A DNA stretch of 64,000 nucleotides, taken from assembly GCF_022045235.1 (NCBI RefSeq), contig NW_027266275.1, positions 7,006,001-7,070,000 on the forward strand, given 5' to 3'. The notes below the pieces were generated by a model. That model was given only the letters and a program-made list of their open reading frames with translations, did no database searches and had not been told where the DNA came from. Source of the stretch: Haliotis cracherodii (lineage: Eukaryota). Positions 53,505 to 64,000 of the stretch are shown here, one piece after another (position 1 is the first letter of the stretch; every line of letters begins with the position of its first letter). The position numbers were made by a program, and so were the translations under genes.

Positions 53505-55629
53505 CTGTCAATGCAATCAGGAACACAATGATGTATAATGTAGTTAACAATACTAAATATAAAAGTGAAGATTTTACTTGAAGTTCAATCTGAGTAAAGT
53601 ATTGTAAATATTAATTTGTGCTTATTCCAACAACGTCTACATCAATTTCTAATTTCACCAATATCAGCTACACGTAATTATTTTCAAAACGTTGATCCCT
53701 GTGCACGTTTGGCACATGTACATTTGCATACTACAGTTGGAGAATAATACAGATATACTGACATGAACTGTGTGACATCTGGAGTTAATAGCGGATATCA
53801 TCTTTTCATTTTCAACAAAAGGATAAAATCACGTTAAATTATGCAAGGTAATGTATTACGCATTGCTGAGCACAGCAAGCACACGATACAGCATACCATA
53901 TCACATGTCTTTTTCATTTGTGTGAAGTTAATAAGTTATTCTCCAAAAAACATAGCATGTAATATATACCTGTAATAAATAACGTTTATATTTGAAGTGA
54001 AACGATTCATTGTTAATTGTTAGGGCCGTGAACTGATCAACATGTATGGATGATATGAGACTAGAGCTGAGTTTGAGTTTGAACATACATGTAGTATCTG
54101 AACATGTGTGAATGTGCACGTGCACATGTGTAAGTATATTTGATGTTTGCGCTGCGATGAGCATTGATTAAAAATGTATCAACATGAGAAAAGGCAATGC
54201 AAAAACGAATATTTCATATGGTGGAAACATAAAAAATCCTATATAAAATACATAATGTTCTTTTATTACCAGTAATATGAGCATATAAAAACTGTTTAAA
54301 TATTTATATACTTGATATCCGAAAGTATTTTTTATGCATGTAAACAGTTGAAACTTTACAAGTTTACAAGGATATGCTCTTATTTCAAACCCTTGTAAGA
54401 AAGTTTAGACACAAGGAAAATCAAGAGAGATGTGCATTTGAAACAGGCTTTGTTCTAGAATTTACTGTGGGATCAACTTCGGAATTTATGCTTTGAGACA
54501 CTTTTGCATTCATGACAATGGTACTTGTGTATATGGCAATAAACGAGGAAGATCTTGGCCAAACTAGGAGCGCAATTGCAACCTTCTCCCTGAATAGACC
54601 CTTTTTATCATCCTGTGTTGTGTAGCGAACCATTTATACAAGTTAAAAGTGTTATACGAGACACATGTATCGTAACCTCTCTAATTATTGTAACGCCGTA
54701 ATATTGGTGGCATTTGGCACGTATTGCTTTTGCTGTTGATATATTTGATATCAAAAGACACGAGGGTGAGATTTTATTCATCATCCAACATCATTCTTTC
54801 ATCAGTGTAAAAAGTACTGGAAACAGCTTCAGTAGCAGAGCCGTTAGTGATGTCATTTGATTGTGACGTCATGGCACCCAGTGACGTCACAATGGTCTGC
54901 AAAGCATTGTGATGTATTTCATTGCAGCGATATCTACAGTGTAGATATCGCTTGATCTCATCCAAGCGATATCTCCCGTAAGAGCCAGTTTTGGATGATA
55001 TAATATATTTTTTCACGATAAAACTGTCGGCCCGTTATAATGTACTTTTAATAACTTGGTTGTTTGTGACAATATACATTAATATATATTCGTACCTAAT
55101 TAAGCTCACATCACACACTCAAGAAATACAAAACTGCAGTCAAAATGTAACGTTTGTCCTTAATATACAAGGGACACACTGAATAAAATCCACGTTCCAG
55201 AAAAGGAAATAATAATGATCCAATAAATAAGAATATGATCCATCGATCTTATCCCAATCCATAATTAAGTTCAGATGGAAACTTACGCCAGTGAGAGTCA
55301 ACTAATAGTTCAAGTAATAGGAAATAAAGGCTAGCTGAGTCCCCATGCCGACCATGAAGGCAAACTTATTTGGCTATTATATTGGGTATTCTACAAGATG
55401 TGCTAAAGCAAAATATATGTACTCAACAGTATACAGCTGTTACAGTGTATGTATTAAGGTTTTAAAAAAGAAAGGGTACATATCAAACCAAACTGACTAA
55501 ACCTGTTACAGAGAAAGTAGCTATTTAATCAGATGACTCACCAGAGTGCACATGTCTAAATTTTTAAATTTATATTTTCAAAATGAGACAAATCTGAGTA
55601 TGAACTGAGCACTTCCAAAGAAGACCATA

Positions 55630-58600
55630 TCATTTGATCCCAGAGCATACCATGCCAGAAGTATCGTCAATGTCCGTGTTCAGGGTACATACAAACCATT
55701 CAATAAATTCTTTTCCCAAACTGTGGACCATATCCGTATCCACCTTAAGATGATTTATAGCCTCCGAAAGGGTGTAAGGAAGAGCTTTAGAAGAAGAGAA
55801 CTGATCCACAGGCGGACATTCCAGCTTCTTCTCAATCCCATCAAGACCAGCAGCTATGGTTGCCGCCAGAGTGATGTAGGGGTTGCTCATCCCACTTGGA
55901 ATGCGATTTTCCAGATAAGTGCCAGCTTCTTAAGACTTGACTTTCACACACGCAGAACGTTTATTCGTGCTCCAGTAGATCAGTCCAGGAAGATTGGGTT
56001 TGTGCAAGCGATTGTAACAGTTGATGGTCGGGCAGAAAAATGCACTCAGAGCCTTCGCATGTTTCATGAGACCAGCCAGCCAGTGTCTTCCCAAAGTGCT
56101 GAGACCATGGTCACTGTTAGGATCGTAGAAAACATTGACGCCACTTGATGAAGACCATAGAGAATGGTTAAAATGCATTCCTACTCCGCCACATTCTTGC
56201 ATGGGGTTGAAACTAACTGAATAATCTTTCTTATCCCCTATTTCTAGAATTCCGTTCTTTAAGGTAATACATGAATCAGCACTTTTGATGCCATAGGATG
56301 GTTGGAGTACCATCTCAAACAACCCTGCATTCCCCTCAGAATGGAAAGAGCCTATGTCGACACCTGCTTGGTGCATGTGCTTTTCAAGGTAAAATAGAAA
56401 ACCGTCATGTTTGCTGACTAATCTGTGACGCATGTAATCTGGTTCAAGAAGATACGGTCTGCCAGCTTGTGTCAGTGTAAATTCAACTTCGTATCCAGAA
56501 AATAGGCTCAATCCATGATTGGTCAATTTCTCCAATTGTTGTCGAGCAACATATCGAGGACATGCAAGCTGTGCCGATCCATCCTTTAGCCAGTAGCCTT
56601 CGCAGATAATTTCGGCCACCAAGATGTCATCCTGCCCCGACCAAGACACATTATACAATGTATCGATATCAGGGCGTAGGTAGGCCTTGGGTGCTCTAAA
56701 ATCTGCCATGTCCTCTGATGGGCAGGTACCTTCTTTGTGGAGGCCAAATGATAGAAAACCTGAAATACATATTTTAAGAAGAACGATCATTTACACAACA
56801 TATTTATAAGATAAGCATCATGTGTTTCCTCATTTGCTGGTTTTCACATCGTTTGATGCCCGGACATCTTATTTTGGATCAAGAAAAGTATTCGCACGCA
56901 GCATAAAAGTCAGAAAATATTTCCAGGAGCCAATCACATTTAACAACGTTTTTCAACCAATCAGATTGCAGCACAGACTCGCATTCATTTCACAACAATA
57001 TTTGAAATATAATCTCCAAACATAGTAGGGGATACACGGAAATAACATAAAATTTCCAAAATTGTAAGAGATATTAGTTTCTACTATTAGTTTAGGATAA
57101 CATTGAACAAATTAGAAACACGATTACAACCGATAATGAAGTCAGACAGGTGTTATGACCGCCAGGACGATAGGGATAAGATGGAAAAGTTCTAAGTTGA
57201 AATGAGTAATACCGCCGAGATTTGTCAAACATCAATTCACTCGACGAGGCATACTGCGTATGAGTCTCCCAATGGCGTTCACCTGGGACGCACTGAACGG
57301 GGTCGACCGTCAACATTTTAGGTTTGTTGTACCTGTTCCACTGTCCGCTAATCACACTGTAACACACTGAACATTTTGACCACTGCACGTTGACTGCATG
57401 CTCAACAAGTATAAACTTAACAAACTCTTAAACTCAAGTTCGCTTCGTATATACATTAGCATTATTCTGATGTAAACAGCGCCAGCTTCGCCGACCCCTA
57501 TCTATTTGTATTTTTTCTATTGAAAGCCTGAGGGGACATGGGGGTGATGGGTAATTGTATACCCGTGACGATCCGGGTTAGAATAGGTCTTCAGCAACCA
57601 ATGCTTGCCGTAAAAGGCGACTATGCTTGTCGTAAGAGGCGACTAAGGGGATCGGGTGGTCAAACTCGCTGATTGGTTGATGCATGTGATCATATTTCAA
57701 TTACGTGGGTCGATGCTTATGATATCACTCACTGGATTGTCTGGTCATATAGCTGGAATATTGTTGTTTGTTTATTGTCGAACGCCGCACTCAGTAATAT
57801 TCCAGCTATATGACGACGGTCTGTGTAAATAATCGAATCTGGACCACACAATCCAGTGGTTTTACAGCAAGCATGGGTTGCTGAATACCTATTCTACCCC
57901 GGATCTTCACGGGTTGAAATATTGTTGAGTGCGGCGTTAAACAACAAACAAACAACAATATTCCAGCTATATGACCAGACAATCCATCCTTTCTAATTTC
58001 GATGCATTTCTAACAGTTATTGTTCATTTTGGTAATTGTGTTTAACACTATTCCGTCATGTGTTCAGTAAAGTAAGGATAAGATATATGGATGAACATCT
58101 TCTATTTTACAATTAGGTGCAGCATTTCGGTGTAGGTTCTAACGTTATCGAACAAGTGATGTGCAGAGTATGGTTGACAAGCATATATACAGGTATGACG
58201 CAGTGTTTATACAGTTTCCCATACTTGCCGTAAAAGGTGACTATGCTTGTCGTAAAAGGCGACTAACGGGATCGGGTGGTCAGGCTCGCTGACTTTGTTG
58301 ATGTATGTCATCGATCCCAATCGCGTGGATCGATGTTCAGGATGTCAATCACTGGATTGTCTGGTCCAGACTCGATAATTACAGACCGCCGTCATATAGC
58401 TGGAATAATTGCTGAGTGCGGCGTTAAACAACAAACCAACCAGTTATACAGTTGCGTAGATTGGGATGTACATGTAGATACACTTGAGTCTACCCTACTG
58501 TATAAACATTGCCTCCTACGTGTATATATACTTGCTTACTGCACTCTGTAAATCACTTGCTTGATAACGGTGTTAGAACCTACACCGAAACGTCGCTATT

Positions 58601-59650
58601 AATTGTAATCAAGAAGTTGTTCATCCATAAATTCTTATCCTTACTTGAGTGTAGAAGCCGGTTATGTCCACACAATGGGTGAGATAAGGTAAATATCTTA
58701 AAAGGCGAAGCCAGTAGTATAAACAAGAGACTTGTGACTGATTAGGGTATTGATGACTTGACGGTACGCAGGGAGGATGTAACATCCTTGATCACGGTTG
58801 ATTGATGGTTGGAGTCTTTTTTTATGTTGATGAGGTCTTGGACTTTTCTGATTTTGAAGTTTTTGAGGCTGGTTGTGAGGGCTTTGATTTTGTCCCACTG
58901 AATGCTGTTGTTGGGGTTGTTATAGATTTGGTCTGATGGAGCTGACTCGAAGTCAGCTCTGTCTACTGAGCTTTGATTTTCTTTAATTCGGGTTTTGAGG
59001 GGCCCAGTGTCGGCGAGGGAGGTAATGGCATGGTAGTTAAAAACAACTACAAATTGTTTTAAACGCTGATGAACTATTTTAGGGAAGTTATTTTATGGTA
59101 AATATAATTTGACAAACAAAGAGTTTGCGGCAGTGTTGATGCATCGCATCAAAGTTTTCCTGTATAAAGGTTTTGTATAAACGACCAAATTAATAATATT
59201 AACACATGTGATTTGACTTTTACAAAGGACCCGTGAAGATCCGGGATAGAATCGGTCTTCATGATTGTCGTAAAAGGCGACTACGCTTGTCGTAAAAGGC
59301 GACTAACGGTGGTCAGGCTAGGTGACTTGGTCGATACATGTCATCGTATCCGAATTGCGTAGATCAGTGCTCATGCTATCAATCCCTGGATTGTCTTGTC
59401 CAGACTAGATTATTACAGACCGCCGTCATATGGCTGGAATATTACTGAGTGCGGCGTTAAACAACAAACAAACAAACTTTATCAAAGTGTTCTTCGTACA
59501 AGTTGTAAATTTACCTGCAAAGAGGTTGCAGCCGATGCCGGTCTCCAAGGTTTTTTTTACATGTCTTGCGGGAACAATTCTTCCTCTTGATCTTCCGTGT
59601 ATATCAGCAACAGAGAAGCGGACATAGTCGTACTTGTTGATGTGAGACAT
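55630..59650 (-). CDS. Glutamine synthetase I-like / lengsin-like gene, two coding exons, one in-frame TAA (possible pseudogene or null allele)
   Basis: Exon 59650-59515 (YVRFSVADIHGRSRGRIVP) joins exon 56759-55630 in phase 1 (LRPDIDTL, CPR, GYEVEF, HSEGNAGLFE, GMHFNHSL, NCYNRL, YLENRIP, NPY..LAATIAAGLDGI). TAA at 55930-55932. Confidence 0.85.
57562..57985. mobile_element. Cluster of family-B elements in alternating orientation
   Basis: Plus copy about 57562-57765, minus copy about 57763-57913, then further tail fragments. Confidence 0.8.
58070..58830 (-). mobile_element. Penelope-like element remnant with inverted terminal segments
   Basis: 58070-58216 is the reverse complement of 58496-58645. 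Minus-strand LQPSINRDQGCYILPAYRQVI resembles the C-terminus of Penelope GIY-YIG endonucleases. Confidence 0.7.
58219..58442 (+). mobile_element. Family-B short interspersed element
   Basis: Matches the family consensus, with an AAC-rich tail. Confidence 0.85.
59230..59476 (+). mobile_element. Family-B short interspersed element, full length
   Basis: Starts cccgtgaagatccggg; ends (AAAC)n. Confidence 0.85.
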
Positions 59651-60770
59651 CTTTTAGTTCTGGACGTTCCTGTTATATTCCCCAGTCGCCGGCACTGATA
59701 TACATAGGTGTTCAAGAGCTCGCCCTGTAAATTTGAAATGATGTTGTAAATAAAAGCGACAAGACACTTTACATAAACTCAAGACATCGCTGCTGAAAGC
59801 TAAGTACAATTCTGACTGTATCATTAGCGTATGTTGTAGAACCACTATCACATAGTGACGATACCGGGTCTAATCCAAAGACGACAATGTTCACAAAGAT
59901 TGGACCCCTGGAGTTCCCGGGTTAGAATTGGTCTCAAGTGCTTGTGGGAGAGTCGACTAAATGAATCGGGTGGTCCGCGATCTTATTGATTGCATTTCAA
60001 TTTCAGTAGTGAAGGACGTTGCACATAATATCAATCAATTGTTTGTCTTTCCCAAACTCGAATGTTTCGAAGCCGCCGTCACGATTATAGCTGAGTGAGA
60101 CGTTAATCAATAAACGAAAAATCCATAAAGGCAGGACAAAAAAACATACATACATCTGGGTTTTTCGCGTAATGTCTGATAAGTAACAATTAACACAACT
60201 GATAACAAACGCAATCGCTCTTCTCCGCCCAGAGATCAGTATACGTGTCTTTTTCTTCTTAGTTTTTGTTTAGCGGCATCCTATGTGCTGTTTCAAACTC
60301 TCGATGATATTAAGCATGCACTGGTAACATATATCCCGTCTACACACGAGATGGTTGAGTAATGTGTTTAGCAAAATGACCTCTAACAATACATAACTGC
60401 AGGAGAAAATCCTGAGCGTTTCACAGACACCTGTAAGGCAAGTAGATAAGCCACGAAAGCATTTATAATGAGCCAATACTTACTCAAGTGAACAATTTTC
60501 CAACCAATGGGATCTTGTGAGCGTTATTGTTACCGTAGAGCGGCATGGAAACGGTGTGAGAAATGTTATATGACAGGACTTATTGAGTCAGGCATCAAAC
60601 ACTTGTTTATGCAAACCGTTTGAGTGGCTGTCCTACTGAGAGGGAAGGACGTGCTTACCCTTACACCTTGTGACCCATTCATGTAACTTCCCCCGCAGTG
60701 TTGCCTCTATGAACAATGGAAACTGTTCTGTGGATACCCGAGTGGTTATTCTCATATATAGTTAGCTTGT

Positions 60771-60933
60771 AGTGAGTGAGTGAGAGTATGGTTTTACGCC
60801 GCTTTTAGCAATAATCAAGCAATACCACGGTGGGGAGACGCCACAAATGGGCTTCACACATTGTACCCATGTGGGAATCGAACCCGGGTTTTCGGCATGA
60901 GCGAAGGCTTTAACCACTAGACTTCCCCACCGC
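60771..60933 (-). mobile_element. Family-A tRNA-derived SINE, older copy
   Basis: Diverged family match; tagcttgta on both flanks. Confidence 0.82.
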
Positions 60934-61899
60934 ACATGTAGCTTGTAATGTTTGGTTGTAGGTCTTTTATGGAACTTAATACATAGCTGAGAGGGGTGAG
61001 TGAAAAATGTACTTGCGACTGTGAAAGAAACAGTTACGGAGACAATATGTTAATTGAATGTGTACCAGAGCGTTGAGTCATCAATGATTACTTCTTAATT
61101 ATAAGAAAAAACATGATGATTAATATTGCACTGGCTACACACAATGAACAGATGGTTAAACTAAATAGAAAAATGAAAACTTCCCAGACATATATTAATC
61201 AACATTAATGTTACTAATTTATTTGGTTCAACTTTAATGGCCATCTGCATTGCACAACTTGTTATATGTTACTGGATGTGTATAAGTATAATATAATGAG
61301 AAGGTTTGTCTGCAGGATAAAGCGAACGGATATAAACGGTATACGCTTCGGTATATACGGGTAGAAAATGCAAATTTGAGAGGTCAGGTCGGTACTGCTT
61401 TCAGTCTTAAGAACAATCATGGTGTCGCCCTTGTCAATCCGCGATCGAGAAACTATTGTTATAATTGTTAACACTATCAAAATTATATTTAGAAAATCTA
61501 AAATACTGAAAATCAGTGTCTAACTTGGACGTAGCTGAGACATTTTACAAGTTTAGGCAGCTTTGGACATATAAATTGTGAAACAATTAAGCGAGGACAC
61601 CAGCCTTGTGGGATCAGTTTCCATATCTGTGCTTGTAGACCTCAGAAATATGTCCGGACTGTCACCATGTTTAACCTCGTGGCTGTGTGTACATCTGACT
61701 CTACACTTACTACAACGTTACGGCCAACTGATGACAGGCCACGCAGACTCACGCAAACTTGACGCAAACATGACGTCGCATGGACTAGTGTTTGAGCTGA
61801 TTCCCTACGATATAGGGCAGTTACTCTCGAGGGCGGACCGATGCATTGCCGCGAAAAGCAAATGGAAACAGAATGAGTAGGGAAACCATGCATCAGTAC

Positions 61900-62130
61900 G
61901 ATCTACTTTTGACTTGACTCTAAAACCTGGAGACATGTCCATTCCTCCTTTGTATTGGATTCCAAAGCTCCATAAAAATCCATCCCGCAAATGTACATCC
62001 AAACCACTCTCTCTAAGATTAACCATAATCCTTAATTCAATCAAGGAAGGACTTTCTTCATTGAAAGTATTTGAGACAAGTGGAATTAATACCATGAGGA
62101 TTCTCAAAACTCAAAGGATTTGATTGGAAC
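61900..62130 (+). mobile_element. Reverse transcriptase N-terminal fragment, probably Penelope-like
   Basis: IPPLYWIPKLHKNP..KCTSKPLS..LTIIL..IKEG..SGINTMRILK; the PKLHK motif is typical of Penelope-like RTs. Confidence 0.6.
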
Positions 62131-63449
62131 ATATTTTATTGCGGAAAATCAAATGGATTAGGCACAAGTGACACACTTACGAGGGCTTCTAAAATAGATG
62201 AGCAAGAACTGAAAGGATTTGATTGACGTTTTACAATCTCAGAAAAAAGTAATTGAGTGATAGCATGGGTAAATCTTCTATTTAACATCATGCATGTTGA
62301 TTAGCATAAATAAAAGCGATAAAAACCCTTCCATAACCTATTCCGTCTATATTATTGGTATGTGTTAATTAATCACTAACAAATAGTGGTGACACGAGGT
62401 ACCCTGCCCCGAACTGTCTGGTGGATATTGGATGTTTTTGATCAATCTTAACCTTTATGTATAGATGTTAATATGAAGCAGATGAGGCGATTTCACTGGT
62501 CCCTTATATTTCTGTCAAGTGGGTAAATCAGTGGAAGGGAATTGCTATTTGATGGTTTTTGAACGCTATCAAAGCATCGATCCACCTGAAACTTCAGTTA
62601 AACTTCTTGATCAAATTCCCTTGTTTCGACTTTGCCAATCCGAGCAGAAACGCATCATAAAGACGAGCTCGAGGAGTACAGTGATGCTCATATTCTGCCT
62701 AAATGTGATATATCAAAATTACACATAGATGTTGTGTATGATGAACATCTTGACATCTTGTTTTCTGAGCATTCTTCAGATTACATTTGCATTGATTATT
62801 GACAAAGTGCCCCGAACCTTTGACCATAGAGACGTACATGTAGGTATCTTCACCACGTTTAGTTTGGTGATAAATGCTCCACGATTCAAGAATGAAGTTT
62901 TGCCGTAAATTTTCTCTTTCCACTTTGTACACAATGTCTCCACACAATGGTAAGTCTCGGTCAAGGGTATTTGAAAAGTTCAATACGCTGTTACTATCGG
63001 GGCATACCAAGAAACAATTAGGATTATTTATAAATTCTAACATTTTAAACCGACCTATGAAGATCCGGGGTAGAATAGGTCTTCAGCAATATAAGACATA
63101 ATATGGTAATGTTAATAAAACTCATAATTAGTTGAGTTATTGTGTTCGAAAATGCATGCTCGATTGTACCTAGGAGTTGAGAAATGTAGACACCCTCTTG
63201 TCACACAGTGTTGTGGAGAGGTTCTTGTCACTCATAATACATAAATCTAAGTACGAAACAGATGAGACAGTTACACTAGTGTCTTACATTTCTAGACAGA
63301 CCAACAGAATTGTCTATTAAATTCTCACTCTTGAATATAACATACAATACATATAGAGAATTTCACCCGAGTGTCTTTTGATATCAAATATATCAACACG
63401 AGTTGCTAAAAGTGGAAAAAATCCGAGCATCATAGTACGTCTTGTACCT

Positions 63450-64000
63450 TCTTCTCCTAATTGTTATAACGAAGTGTTCCCTCAGCAGCAAGTCACATAT
63501 GCCTTCATATGTTTTAACGGTACCACTCAATTCAACCCACCTACTCAAGTAGTTCCGTAACCTGGTAACGTACTCTAAACATGATTCATCAACTTCAATC
63601 TTTGTATTTCTAAACTTAAAACCTTAAAAACCTTCATCATTAAGAAGAATTTTTTTCAAAAGTGCCTGCTTCAAAGCCTGATAATCATTTGCTGCCTCAA
63701 AGCCCAATCTAGAATGAATCCATTTTGTCCCTTTTTTCATCAAATGGGGGTAGTTTTGGTTTCGACATGTTTTGACTGTGTAAGGAATCGTGATTATGTC
63801 TGTCCTGTTTAGTCCCTAACTCTTTCATTTCTCCCATGAGCTCTACACTCAGCTCTCTCCTATCTTTCCAAATTATCTCTTTCAAGCAGCAATTTCTCTT
63901 TTTCTAATGAAATAATATGGCTGTAATTCCTTCTTTATCAAAATGTTTTGAATTCTTATGATCCCGGACAAGACCCCAAATTCACCTCAAAAGCAGAACT
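63450..64000 (-). mobile_element. Decayed Gypsy-type LTR retrotransposon gag (SCAN-like) fragment
   Basis: Minus-strand translation ANDYQALKQAL...FKFRNTKIEVDESCLEYVTRLRNYLSRWVELSGTVKTYEGICDLLLREHF, with frameshifts. Confidence 0.65.

Noticed and set aside
55630-59650. Bacterial contamination or recent horizontal transfer of glnA
   Set aside because: The gene has a GT-AG intron filled with host SINEs and host-like composition; GS-I/lengsin-like genes are known in animals.
62699-63043. 114-aa minus-strand ORF as a gene exon
   Set aside because: No motif I can recognise and no supported splice partners; it lies among transposon debris.

Overview
Eukaryotic (animal) genomic DNA: AT-rich, with GT-AG introns and dense SINEs. 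The repeat families and gene content suggest a mollusc, possibly a gastropod such as abalone (inference only). From 5' to 3' the window holds: (1) 383-15531 (+), the 3' part of a GRL101-like LDLa/LRR G-protein-coupled receptor gene, 11 coding exons visible. Its unusually long C-terminal tail, mostly encoded by three extra exons, resembles a degenerate protein-kinase C-lobe. Its introns contain a 65-bp tandem repeat duplicating an exon end plus splice donor, a 26-bp minisatellite, a full-length defective Tc1 transposon and an RLE-type retrotransposon fragment. (2) 16454-46278 (+), a tandem array of four 7-exon trypsin-family (S1A) serine protease genes. Copy 2 is a pseudogene, and further copies survive as relics. 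All four have a non-glycine residue at oxyanion-hole position 193. (3) 55630-59650 (-), a two-coding-exon glutamine synthetase I / lengsin-like gene with one in-frame TAA. The rest is decayed LINE (L2 and other), Penelope-like, Gypsy, Tc1, MITE and SINE sequence, with three N-gaps. All calls were made by eye from the sequence and the ORF track; no searches were run.
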